From NCBI RefSeq assembly GCF_009914755.1, contig NC_060934.1: a stretch of DNA of 64,000 bases; one strand, 5' to 3'. The DNA comes from the human T2T-CHM13v2.0 reference genome, Homo sapiens. Within the stretch, counting starts at the first letter, position 1; the number at the start of each line of letters is the position of its first letter. The translations under genes were made by a program, and so were the position numbers. Below, piece by piece: positions 14,533 through 27,713 of this stretch. The notes beneath the pieces are model-generated. The model was not told the DNA's origin and did no database searches. It worked only from the letters and a program-made list of their open reading frames with translations.

Positions 14533-14665
14533 TCTACAACTATGTTAATTTTCTCCATTTGCCTTTGAAATCTTGTGTCATTTTGATTTAATTTCATTTT
14601 ATCTACAACTACGTTAATTTTCTGTATTTGCCTTTGAAATCTTGTGTCTCTTTGATTTTATTTCA
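14533..14665. repeat. Tandem duplication, period 69 bp
   Basis: 'tctacaacta(t/c)gttaattttct..atttgcctttgaaatcttgtgtc' at 14533 and 14602. Confidence 0.9.
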
Positions 14666-14912
14666 AAGTGTTCTGTGGTCTTTTCATCAAATACTTTAAA
14701 CCTTTTGATATTTTTGAGAAACTCCCAGTAATTCACTTTTAAATTAAGTCTTTTTTGACCTTGAATTAGTTTGAGATTTTCTAAACAGGCTTCTGAGATT
14801 TGTCAAGATAATTTTTTTCTTTTCTTGTAAAAGAGACATGTTAGGCTAATTAGGTTTATTTGATATGTTAAATTATATGGGAGGCATTGTCAAGTAAGAA
14901 ATGATGTTTAAC

Positions 14913-17179
14913 TGATATTATATTTAGAAAACACCATCCTCTCAGCCCTAAGGCTTAAGCTGGTAAGCAACTTCAGCAAAGTCTCAGGATATAAAATCAA
15001 TGTGCGAAAATCACAAGCATTCATTTACACCAACAATAGACAAGCTGAGAACCCAACCATGCATGACCTCCCATTCACAGTTGCTACAAAGAGAATAAAA
15101 TACCCAGGAATATGGCTAACGAGGGAAGTAAAGGACTTCTTCAGAGAGAACTACAAACCACTGCTCAAGGAAATCAGAGAGGACACAAATAGAAAAACAT
15201 TCCATCCTCATGGATAGAAAGAATCAATACTGCGAAAATGGCCATATTGGCCAAAGTAATTTACAGATTCAATGCTACTCCCATTAAACTACCATTGACA
15301 TTCTTCAAAGAATTAGAAAAAACTATTTTAAAATTCATATGGAACCAAAAAGGAGCCTGTATAGCCAAGACAATCCTAAGCAAAAAGAACAAAGCTGGAG
15401 GCATCAGCTACCTGACTTCAAACTATACTACAAGGCTACAGTAACCAAAACAGCATAGTACTGGTACAGAAACAGACACATAGACCAATGGAACAGGATA
15501 GAGAACTCAGAAATAGGAACACACATCCACAACCATCTGATCTTCAACAAACCAGACAAAAACAAGCAATGGAGAAAGGATTCCCTATTTAATACATGGA
15601 ACTGGGAGAAGTGACTGGCCATGTGAAGAAAATTGAAACTGGACCCCTTCCTTATACTGCATAAAAAATTAACTCAAGATGGATTAAAGACTTAGATGTA
15701 AAACCCCAAACTAAAAACTCTAGAAGAAAATCTAGGAAATACCATTCAGCACATAGGCACAAACCAAGATTTCATGACAAAAACATCAAAAGCAATTGCA
15801 GCAAAAGAAAAAATTGACAAATGGGATCTAATTAAACTAAAGAGCTTCTTCACAGCAAAATAAACTGTCATCATAGAGAACAGAAAACCTACAGAATGGG
15901 AGAATATTTTTCCAATCTATCCATCTGACAAAGGTCTAATATCCAGAATCTACAAGAAACTTAAATTTACAAAAAAAAACTAGCAACCCCATTAAAAAGT
16001 GGGCAAAGGACATGAACAGACATTTCTCAAAAGACGACATTTATGCCACCAACAAACATGAAAAAAAGCTTGACATGATGGATCATTAGAAATGCAAATC
16101 AAAACCACAATGAGATACCATCTCACACCAGTTAGAATGGTGATTGTTGTTTGTTTTTTTTTTTTTTTTTTTTTTTTTTGAGACAGACTCTTGCTCTGCT
16201 ACCAGGTTGGAGTGTAGTGGTGCAGTCTCAGTTCACTGCGACCCTCCACCTCCCAGGTTCAAGCAATTCTCCTGCCTCAGCCTCCCAAGTAGCTTGGACT
16301 ACTTGGAGCTCACCACCATGCGCTCAGCTAATTTTTGTATTTTTAGTAGAGATGGGGTTTCACCATGTTGGCCGGGATGGTCTCTATCTCTTCACCTCGT
16401 GATCCACCTGCCTCCGCCTCCCAAAGTGCTGGGATTACAAACAGGCGTGAGCCACCATGCCGGGCCGGTGATTATTAAAAAGTCAAGAAACAACAGATGC
16501 TGGAGAGTCTGTGGAAAAACAGGAATGCTTTTACACTGTGGCTGGGAATGTAAATTAGTTCAACCATTGTGGAAGACAGTGTGGCGATTCCTCAAAGACC
16601 TAGGAACCAGAAATACCATTTGACCTATCAATCTCATTACTGGGTGTATATATACCCAAAGAAATACAAATAATTCTATTATAAAGATACATGCACATGT
16701 GTGTTCATTGTGGAATTATTCACAACAGCAAAGACATGGAATCAATGCCCATCAATGATAAGACTGGATAAAGAAAATGTGGTACATATACACCATGGAA
16801 TACTGTGCAGCCATGAAAAAGAATGAGGTTATATCTTTGCAGGGACATGGATATAGCTGGAAGCCATTATTCTCAGCAAACTAATGCAGGAACAGAAAAC
16901 CAAACACATGTTCTCATTCATAACTGGGAGCTGAACAGTGAGAACCCATGGTCACCGGGAGGAGAACAACACACACTGGGGCCTATCAGTGGGAGGGGGT
17001 AGGCGGATGGAGAACATCAGGAAACATAGGTAATGCATGCTGGGCTTAATAACTAGGTGATGGGTTGATAGGTACAGGAAACCACCCATGGCACACATTT
17101 ACCTATGTAACAAACCTACACATCCTGCACATGTACCCCAGAATTTAAAGTAACAAAATAGAAAATTAAAACTGGAAAA
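14913..17179 (+). mobile_element. 5'-truncated L1PA (about L1PA10-13), 3' half of ORF2 plus 3'UTR
   Basis: ORF2 remnants (15002, 15238 '[19 protein letters not shown]', end of the 16144 ORF '[17 protein letters not shown]'); L1PA 3'UTR; TSD aaatgat(g/a)tttaac at 14899-14912 and 17180-17193. Confidence 0.93.
16149..16466 (-). mobile_element. AluS (AluSc-like) inserted in the L1PA
   Basis: Poly-T then antisense Alu; TSD ggtgatt(g/a)tt at 16139-16148 and 16467-16476. Confidence 0.93.
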
Positions 17180-18278
17180 AAATGATATTTAACCTTGAGT
17201 TATATGTATATACATTATTAATACGTGTTCCAGACATTTTGTAAAATTCCTAGAAAACTGATAAGTCCTGGTAAATCAGTCATAATCCCAGTTATTTTTA
17301 AATATTATGTTTCAGAGATAACCAAATTTTATTGTCAATTACATTTTAATAAACTCATCAGATCTTTAATCATGTCTATTTTTAAGTCTTTTGTCATCTA
17401 CAGACATTAAGTATGTAAAATCCAAAAGTGCTTTATCTTCAAGAAAATTCATGGAAATGACTGACAAGTACAGACTCCTGATAACTTTAAGATCATACCA
17501 TTGGACTGGGTATGACTATCCAGTGCTCTAGTGAAGATATGGACAGGTTAATGAAGCTGTTAACCCATCAAGTAGAGCAAGAGTTACATGGGTCTCAATG
17601 CATGGATGGTGATAATTGTTTAATGACTGTTTTTTTTGAAACATTGCTTGTTCTTTAAATGTTTATTTTTCCAGATTTAAGAAAACCCTCTTTTTCTTTT
17701 AAGCTATCTATACCATATAGCAATTTGGTAAAGTACAATTTTGTGTATAAAAATGCAAACATTTACTTTTCCCCCAACTTGATCTCTCCAGAATTTGGAC
17801 ACTCTTCATGAATATTCCTTTTTTTCTTCCCCCAATGGCAATATAGACATTTGCATAAGCTTAATAAAAAAAAAAAAAAACTTGTTCTTCTTGTAACAAA
17901 ACACAATTGGAAACAGTGGTTATGCTACCAAGGCTTTGACTGTGATGTCTTACTTTCTGATATGAACAAACAACTTTAAGGAACTAGGGTTGACTTCATG
18001 GGGCCAATAAAGCCTATGGGAAATAAATGGTGTGGTACCTGGAATACATGGTTCACATGGTTGCTTGAGAGACGGGAAAGGAATGTCACTTTCTCGCAGG
18101 CCCAGGAACCTCAAGATACTTGAGGAACTACAAAGAGAGGAATTCACCCCTATCTATAGGTATTACAGGCACGGTTTGATGGTGAGTCCTTGGTTTGGCT
18201 TTTTAGTTCTGAGAAGCTTTTAAAAGCCCAGTCTGAAATTTCTTACTAAAAGTTCTAGCAAAGCAGACTTAGAGCCTA

Positions 18279-21200
18279 GAAAGAGGCAGAACAAGGTGAC
18301 TGAATAGAACCCTGCAGTGATCATACCCTTGCAGAAGCACCAAAGTTAACAACTATCCACACAAGAAAGCATCTTCATAGGAACTAAAAAATCAGGTGAA
18401 CAATCACAGAACTTGGATTTAACGTCATAGCAAGGAAAGAGGTGCTGAAGAGGGTAGGAAAGACAGTCTTTAATTGTCAACACCACTCTTTCCCCATCCC
18501 CTAGCAGTGCAGCATGGCATGGAGAGAGAATCTGTGCACTTGGGGGAGGGAGAGCAAAGTGTCTATGGGATTTTGCATTGGAACTCAATGCTACCCTGTC
18601 ACAGTGGAAAACATCACAGGGCAGAATTGGGCTTCAGCCATGGAGGGAATATGTAGGCCAGCACTAACCAGAGAGGAATCATCCATCCCAGTGATCAAAA
18701 CCTGAGTTTTAGCATGCCCCACTAGCGTGGACTAAAGTGCTCTAAGGTCTTAAATAGGCCTGAAAAACAGTGCAGACCACAAGGCCAGAAATTCCTGGGC
18801 AAGTTTTGGTGCTGTGCTGTACTCAGAGCCAGTTGACCTGGGGTACATAAGACCCAGTGAAACAACTACTGAGGTGACTAAGGAAGAGTTGTAATAGCCC
18901 TCCCCCCAATACCAGGTAACATAGCTCACAGCTCCAGGAGGGAGTCCTTCTGCTTGAGGAAAGGAGGGGAAGGAGTAAAGAGGACTTATTCCTGCAACTT
19001 GGATACCAGCTCAGCCACAGTCAAAGCACCAAGCAGGGTTCTAAAGTTGCCATTCCAGGCCACAGCTCCTGGACAACATTTCTGGACCCATCTTGGCCAA
19101 AAGAGAACCCACTGCCCTGAAGATAAGGACACAGTCCTGCCAGAATTTACTACCCGCTGACTAAAGAGCCCTTAGGCATTAAATAAATGGCAGTAATAGA
19201 CAAGCAGCAGTTGCCACAGGCCTAGGGCAAGTCCCAGCATTGTGCTGGCGTCAGGTGTGACCTAGCACATTCCCAGGTGTGGTGGCCCTGGGGAGAGACT
19301 CCTGGCTTGATGAAAGGAGAGTATGAAAGACATTGTCTTGCAACTTGGGTACCAGCTGAGCCACAGTAAAATAAAGCAACAAGCAGACTCCTAAAGTCCC
19401 AAGTTTCAGGCCTTAGCTCATTGGAGGGCATTTCTTGACCTACCCTGAGCCAGAAGGGAACTCATGCCCTGAATGGGGTGAACCAGGCCTAGAAGGACTT
19501 ACACTTGCTGATTAAGGGGTGCTTGGGCCTTGAAAAAAAAAAAAACCCAGCAGTACTCTGATTGTAGTGGCTCTGGGCCTTGAGCAGTGGTAATCATGAG
19601 CAGTGACTTCTGCTTGAGGAAGGGAGAGGGAAAAATAAAGAGGACTTTGTCTTGCAACCTACCAGCTCTGCCTCAGTAAAATAAAGCACACAACAGGTTC
19701 CTAAAGCCCCCGATCCTGGCCCTAAGCTCCTGGATGCCATTTCTAGACCTACCCTGGGCCAGAAGGGAACTGGCTGCACTAAAAAGAAAGACCCAGTGCT
19801 GGCAAGATACATTATTTCCTGTCTACAGAGTCCTTGGGTCTTGGAGTAACACAAGTGGCAGCCAAGAAGTAAGCATGCCAGGCCTGGGGCAAGGACCAGT
19901 ACTGTGCCAACTTCAGGTGTTACCCAGCACAGTCCCAGTAAGTAGTGGCCACAGGAATGCTTGTGTCACCCTTCCCTCAACTCCAGGCAACTCAGCACAG
20001 AAAAGAGAGACTCTGTTTGGGTGGAAAATAAGGGAGAAGAACAAGAGAGAGACTCTTCCTGGAAATCCAGGGAATTCTCCACAATCTTACCCAAGGCCAC
20101 TAAGGCAATAATTCTACAAGTCTGTAAAAGTTACAGCATTATGGGGCCTGCAGTGCCCTCGAATGCACAAATGGGTGCAGTGACCACAGATTTAGATCAC
20201 AACACTCAATTCCCTTTAATACTTGGAAAGCCTACTCAAGAAGGATGGGTATAAATAAGCCCAGACTGCAAAGACCACAATAAATACATGATTTGCAGTC
20301 CCAGATATCAGTGAACATACACAAACATCAAGACCATACAGGAAAACAAGACCTCACTAAATGAACTAAATGAGACACTGATGATCAATTCCAGAGTAAC
20401 AGAAGTACATGAGTTTTCAGACAGATAATTTAAAGTAGCTTTATTGAGGAATTCCAATAAAATCCAAGATAACACAGAAGGAATTTAGAATCATGAGATA
20501 AAGAGTGAAATAATAATAATTAAGCAGAAAATCTGGAGCTGAAAAATTCAATTGACAAACTGAAGAATACATCAGTCTCTCAACAGCAGAACTGAACGAG
20601 TGGAATAGTGAGCTTGAAGACAAGCTATTTGAAAGTAGAAAGTCAGAATAGATAAAAGAAAAAATAAAAATTAATAAACCATGTGTATAAGATCTAGAGA
20701 ATAGCCTCAAAAGGGCACATCTAAGAGTTATTGGCCTTAAAGAGCAGGTAAAGACTGAGGTAGAAATTTTATACAAAAGGATAATAACAGAACTTTCCAA
20801 ACCTAGAGAAAGATATCAATATTCAAGTACAAAATAATTATGTAACATCATGGAGATTTAAGCCAAATAGACTACGTCAGGACATTTAATAATCAGACTA
20901 TCAAGGTTAAAGAAAGAATCCTAAAAACAGCAAGAGAAAAGGAAAAAAAACACATAAAGGAGCTCCAATATGTCTGGCAGCAGATTTTTCACTGGATATT
21001 TTACAGTCCAGGGGAAAGTAGCATGATATATTTAAAATGCTGAAGGAAAATATATTTATCCTTGAATATTATATACAGTGAAAATATCCTTCAAACATGA
21101 AAGATTTTCCCAAACAAAAGCTGAGGAATTTTGTCAATACCAGACCTATCCTACAAGAATATTAGAGGTAGTTAATCAGAAAGAAAAGGACATTAAAAAC

Positions 21201-24200
21201 CAATAAGATGTCATCTGAAGGTACAAAACTCACAGGTAAAAGTACACATACAAATACAGAATATTTTAACACTGTAATTGTGGTTTGTAAACTACCCATA
21301 TCTTGAGTAGCAAAAGAGGAGCCTATCAAAAATAAAAACTAAAAACTTTTTAGACATAGACTGTATAATAAAATATAAACAATAAAAAATTTAAAAAGTA
21401 GGGGTGGAGATAAAGTGTTGAGTTGTTTTAGTTTTCTTGTTTGTGTGTTTGTTTTGCAATTACATTTAAGTTGTCATCAGTTTAAAATAGGTTATAATGT
21501 GTTAATTGCAATTCTTATGGTAACCTTAAATGAAAAAACTAACAACAGATAAAAAAATATGAGGTAAGAAATTAAAGCATATCACTAGAGAAAATCACTT
21601 CCACAATAAGGAAAACACAAAGAATAGAAGGAAGAATGATAAGACCACAAAATAGCCAGGAAAGAAATAACAAAATGACAGTAGTTTACTTATCAATAGT
21701 AATATTGAATGTAAATGGCATAAACTCTCCAATCAAAAGACAGAGTGATTGGATTAAAAAACAAAACCCAGTGATCTCTTGCCAATAAGAAACACAATTC
21801 ACCTATAAAGATACACATAGACTAAACATAAAGGGATGAAAAAAAAGATAATCCATGCACATGCAAACCAAAAAAGAGCAGAAGTAGTTATATCAGACAA
21901 AATAGATCTCAAGACAAAAACTGTAAAAACAGACAAAGATGGTAATTATTTAATGGTTAAAAAAATAAATTCAGCAAGAGGATATCACTATCGTAAATAT
22001 ATATGCATCCAACACTGGAGCACCCAGATATGAACAATAAATTTTATTGATACTAAAGAGAAATGAATCTGAACACATGGATAGTGGGAAATCTTAACAC
22101 CACACTTCCATCACTAGACAGATCATCCAGACAGAAAATCAACAAAGATCCATCAGACCTCATCTGCACTAGAGACCAAATGAACCTAATCAGTATTTAC
22201 AGACTATTTCATCCAGCGTCTGCAGAACACACATTCTTCTCAGCACAGGAATCATTTTCAAAGATAGACAATATGTTAGGCCACAGAACAAGTCTTAAAA
22301 TATTCAAAAAATTGAAATAATATCAAATATATTTTCTGATCACAATGGAATGACTAGAAATCAGTAACAAGAGGAAATTTGGAAAGCATATGAACATATA
22401 GAAATTAACCCCCAATAATCCTGAATAACCAGTGGGTCAATGAAAAACTTAAGAAATTTTAAAAATTTATTGAAACAAATGAAAGTGGAAACACAAATAG
22501 CAAAACCTATGAGATACAGCAAAACAGTACTAAAGAGGGAAGTTTGTAGGAATAAGTGCCTACAACAAAAAGTAGAAAAACTTCAAATGAACAACATAAT
22601 GATGGATCTTAAAGAACTATAAAATCAAAAGCACAACCCCAAATTAGTACAAAAAAGAAATAAATGTCATAGCATAAATAAAATTCAAATGGAAAAATAC
22701 AAAAGATCAATTGAAAAATTGTTTTTTTGAAAAGATAAACAAAACTTAACCTTTATCAAGACTAACAAAAAAAGAAAATCCAAATAAAATCAAAAATGTA
22801 AAAAGACATTGCAAGTGATATCACAGAAACTCAAAGAATTATTAGAGATTATTATGAGCAACTATATGTCAGTAAACTTGAAAACCTAGAAGAGATAAAT
22901 AAACTCCTAGACAGATACAGCCTACCAAGATTGAAACCCAAAATGTGAATGGACCAGGAACAAGAGATTGAAACCATAATAGTCTTCTAACAAAGGAAAT
23001 AACTTTACCTGATGACTTCACTACTAAATTCTACAAAACATTTGAAGAACTAATGCCAATCCTACTCAAATTATTCCTAAAATTAGTTTGAGAATATTCC
23101 ATCCCAGAAGAAGGGAATACTTCCAAACTCATTCTATGAGGCCAGTATTCCCCTTATACCAAACTCAGACAGACATACTAAAAAACAAGCAAACAAAAAA
23201 CAACTATAGGCCAATATTGCTAATAAATATTGATGCAAAAATACTCAATATTAGCACACCACATTCACCAACATATTAAAAGATTATTTATCATGCCCAA
23301 GTAGGACTCATCCCAGGGATGCAAGGATGTTTTGACATATGCAAACCAATCAATATGATACATCATTTCAAAAGAATAAACGTAAAAGCCATATTATGCT
23401 GAAAAGGCATTTGATGAAATTCAGCATCACTTTACAACCAAAAAATCCCAGACAACTGGGTGATATGGTTAGATTGTGTCCCCACCCAAATCTGATTTTG
23501 AATTGTAATCCCCATAATTCCCACGTGTTAAGGGAGAGAACACATGGAGATAATTTAATCATGGGGGTGGTTTCCCCCATGCTGTTCTTGTGATAGTGAG
23601 TTCTCATGAGATTTGATGGTCGTATAAGGGGCTCTTCCCACTTTGTCACTTTTCCTTCCTGCTGCCTTGTGAAGAAGGTTCCACTTCACCTTCTACCATG
23701 ATTGTAAGTTTCCTGAGGCCTCCCCCAGCCATGCTAAATTGTGGGTCAATTGAACCTCTTTCCTTTATAAATTACCCAGTCTTGGACAGTTCTTTATAGT
23801 AGTGTGAAAATGGACTAATACACTGGTTATAGAAGAAACATTTCAACATAGTAAAAGCCATCTATGACGAAGCCACAGCTAGTATCATATTGAATGAAGA
23901 AAAATTGAAAGCCTTTCCTCTAATATCTGGAAGGAGAGAAGGATGCCCATTTTCACCAATGTTATTCAACATAGTATTGGAAGTCACAGCTAGAGCAATC
24001 AGACAAGAGAAATAAATAAATGGCTTTCAAATTAGGAAGGAAGAAGTAAAATTCTTTGTTTGCAGATTATATGATCTTATATTTGAAAAAGACTAAAGAT
24101 TCAATAAAAAATTATTAGAACTGGCAAATTCAGTAAAGTTGCAGGATACAAAACCAACATACAAAAATCAGTAGCATTTCTATATGCCAACAGTGAAAAA

Positions 24201-26140
24201 ATCTAAAAAATCAAGACAGTAAATCCCCTTCACAATAGCTACAAATAAAATAAAATACCTATAAATAAACTCAACCAAAGGAGTGAAAGTTCTCTACAAT
24301 AAAAGCTATAAAACATTGATGCAGGAAATTGAGGAGAGCACAAAAAAATGAAGATATTCCATGTTCATGTATTGGAAGCAATCAATATTGTTAAAATGTC
24401 CATACTAATCAAAGCAAACTACAGATTCATGAAATCACTATCAAAGTACCAATGGACATTCTTCACAGAAATATAAAAAACAATCCTAAAATTTATATGG
24501 AACCACAAAAGACCCAGAATACCCAAAACCATTTTTAGCAAAATAAACAAAACTGGAGGAATCACTTTGTGTGACTTCAAATTATGCTACAGAACTATAG
24601 TCACCAAAACAGCATGGTACTGGCATAGGAAACACATACACATACATAACGGAACAGAAAAGAATATTCAGAAATAGATCCATATATCTACAGTGAACTC
24701 ATTTTCAACAAAGATGTCAACAATATACATTGAGGAAAGGACAGTCTCTTTAATAAATGTTGCTGCAAAAACTAAATGTTCATATGCAGAAAAATAAAAC
24801 TATACCCCATCTTTCACCATATAAAATCTAATCCAAGTGGATTAAAGACTTAAATCTAAGACTGGAAAATATGAAATTACTAGACAAAATCCTTGGGGAA
24901 ATTCTCCAGGACATTGGTCTGAGCAAATATTTGAGTAATATTCCAAAAGCACATGCAAATAAAGCAAACATGGACAAATGGGATTAAATCACATTAAAAA
25001 GCTTCTGCACAGTGAAGGAAACAGTCAATAGAGTGAAGAAGCAACCCACATAATGGAAGAAAATTTTTGCAAACTATCCATCTGACAACGGATTAATAAT
25101 CAGAATATACAAGGAGCCCAAAACAACTCAATAGGAAAAAATCTAACAACCCAGTTAAACAATGGGCAAAAGATCTAACAGATATTTCGCAAAAGACACA
25201 CAAATGGCAAATGGGTATATGAAAAGGTGCTAAACATCACTGATCAGAGAAATGCAAATCCAAACTAAAATGAGTTATCTCACCCCAGTTAAATTGGCTT
25301 TTATCCAAAAGACAGGCAATAATGAATGCTAGCAAGGATGTGGAGAAAAGAGAACCCTTGTACACTGTTGGTGGGAATGTAAATTAATATAGACACTATG
25401 GAGCACAGAATGGAGGCTCCTCAAAAACTAAAAATAGAACAAAACCCTCTTCTAGGTATATACCCAAAAGAAAGGAAATCAGTATATGGAAGAGATATGT
25501 GTACTCCCATGTTTGCTGCAGCACAATTCACAATAGCCAAGATTTGGAAGCAACCTAAGTGTCCATCAATAGAAGAATGGATAAAGAAAATGTGCCACAT
25601 ATACAAAATGGAGTGCTACTTTAGTCATAAAAAGAATGAGATCCTGTCATTTGCAACAACATAGATGGAACTGGATGACATTTTAAGTGAAATAAGCCAG
25701 GCATAGAAAGACAAACTTTGCACGTTTTAACTCATTTGTGGGAACTAAAAATTAAAACAATGTAACAGATGGAGATAGTAGAACGATGGTTACCCAGAGG
25801 CTGACCATGGTAGATAGGGATGGTGGGGGAGTGGAGATGGTTAATAGGCACAAAAATATAGTTAAATACCATGCATAAGATCTCATATTTGATAGCACAA
25901 CAGGGTGACTACAGTCCAGAATAATTTGTTGCATATTTTAGAATTGAGGGAGTACAAATCGAATGTTTCTGACACAAAGAAATAATGAAAGCTTGAGGTG
26001 ATGGATATCCTATTTACCCTGATGGGTATATTATATATTGTATGCCTGTATTAAAATCCCACGTACCTAAATACATACACTTACTACGTACCCATAAAAA
26101 TTAAAAATTTAAGGGGTAAAAAACTTTATGTTGTTACATT
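18279..26140 (+). mobile_element. Near full-length decayed L1 (L1MA2/L1MA3-like with L1M1-type 5' end)
   Basis: 5' end 'gaggcagaacaaggtgactgaatagaa...aacaactatccacacaagaaagcatcttcatagg'; 5'UTR unit repeated three times (~18950, ~19300, ~19610); ORF1 remnant ~20.3-21.2 kb; ORF2 endonuclease remnants (21836, 22063) and C-terminal remnant (25398 '[13 protein letters not shown]'); L1MA 3' end; short TSD a(g/a)agccta at 18271-18278 and 26143-26150. Confidence 0.9.
23461..23822 (+). mobile_element. THE1 (THE1D-like) solo LTR inserted in L1 ORF2
   Basis: TG...CA ends ('tgatatggttagattgtgtccccacccaaatc' ... 'aatggactaataca'); 5-bp TSD ctggg/ctggt. Confidence 0.92.
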
Positions 26141-26821
26141 AAAAAGCCTATATTAAACAATCACTATTCTTGCTTCTCTTATGTAAATAATCAGGCCAAG
26201 TTTCATGAGATTAAAGTTATCTTACAAACAAACTAGTCTTACTGTGATTATCTTTGGTAAAATTGGGGGTGACTATAGAGGGAAATTTTGCTTCAGTATA
26301 AGCCTACCTATATTGTAGCTATTAATAGATTTTAATCCTGTTCTTTGAGGTTTTGTTATTCAACCTTTTAAAGTGGACTGGATCCTGAATTTCTCCAGTA
26401 TTTGCCTAGAATTCTTCAAATATTTACATTTTTCTCCCGCCTTTCTCACTTAGTATGACTAAGAACAAAAATCGCCCTTTTCCTGAAGCCCTGCATGCTG
26501 AAGCTGGATGACTTGATATGAACATTACAGAGATGAACATTACAGAGATCACAACTTTTATATGGAAAACCTTTGTGCCTGTTGCCCCGTGGGCCACTCA
26601 GACATCACCAGAGACATTTAGACACCAAAAGATACTTTTAACCTACAGTTTAGAAGTCTTGACTGGCTGCCCTACAGACTCAGAAACATGATTTATAGTC
26701 TGCTGCAATTATTAACTTTCCTTTTGTTGCCATAGAAATGCCTCTTCAGTGGGTTATTAGATAGTTTACCAACTCAGTTTCTGGATTTTAAAGCTTCTTG
26801 GGGAAATTTCAGATGGAGTAA

Positions 26822-27376
26822 TGTTGAGGCTCAGGAGACACCAAAGTATGAACATACCCCCAAAATATGATGATAGGGGACCAGAATATACCACCCTAAA
26901 ATATATTTATTTGGCAGTTTTGAGCTGCTTATTCTGGTAAATGGCAGGTAAAGGAGTATCCCTGAAAAGCTGTCCTATTATAAAATAAATTTACATCCAT
27001 AAAGGAAGAGTATATTCATAAAAGTACCTGTATTAAAAAGAGGACTGCTGAAGATAAAAAATCCCTCAGATAGTAAAAGTTAATTGCAAACAAGATATAA
27101 CCTTTATTCACCAAACATTTCCTTCCCTCTCTCTCCTATGACTTATGTCACCACCAACCATCCCTCAGAAGTCCAAAGCTCCTATTCCCTTCTGTTGCTC
27201 AGGATGCTGTAGAAGCTTCAATCATGTGACTTTTAAGGCTCATGTTCTGTCGGACCCCTGTGCATACATACATAATTAAATACAGTTTTACTCCTGTTAA
27301 TCTTTCTTATGTCAATTTAATTTGTAGCCCAAAGAACGTGGAAGGATAGAGGGAGGCCATTTTTCATTCCACTATA
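26822..27376 (+). mobile_element. MER34-family LTR (3' LTR of the ERV1)
   Basis: Starts 'tgttgaggctcagg...cccccaaaatatga...gaccagaatataccaccctaaaatat...ttttgagctg'; ends 'ctcctgttaatctttcttatgtcaatttaatt...ttttcattccactata'; ATTAAA poly(A) signal near 27275. Confidence 0.8.
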
Positions 27377-27434
27377 CTGTTACAATTTCCCACTCAGAAT
27401 CATGTGATGAAGGATAACTGATAATAATTGTCAA

Positions 27435-27713
27435 GGCCAGGCATGGTGGCTCATTCTTGTAATCCATGCACTTTGGTAGGCCAAGGAAGGTGGATAGCTT
27501 GAGTTCAGGAGTTTGAGAGCAGCCTGGGCAACATGGTGAAATCTCGTCTCTGCAAGAAGTGCAAAAATTAGCTGGGTTTGTGGCGTGCATCTGTAGTCCC
27601 AGGTACTAGGGAGGCTGAGGTGGGAGGATCTCTTGAGTCTCGGAGGTGGAGGTTGCAGTGAGCTATGTCAGCCCACTGCACTCCAGTGGCGGCAACAGAG
27701 TGAGACTGTCAAA
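27435..27713 (+). mobile_element. AluJ
   Basis: Diverged Alu with J-type 'agcctgggcaacatgg' and 'gaggtgggaggatc..ttgag'; 'ataataatt' occurs on both flanks. Confidence 0.9.

Noticed and set aside
18900-19900. Three ~300-350 bp diverged direct repeats
   Set aside because: Internal repeats of the L1M1-type 5'UTR, a family feature; not an array or CRISPR-like structure.
15002-25664. ORFs similar to endonuclease/reverse-transcriptase proteins
   Set aside because: Fragmented L1 ORF2 remnants with many stops and frameshifts; not active elements or host genes.
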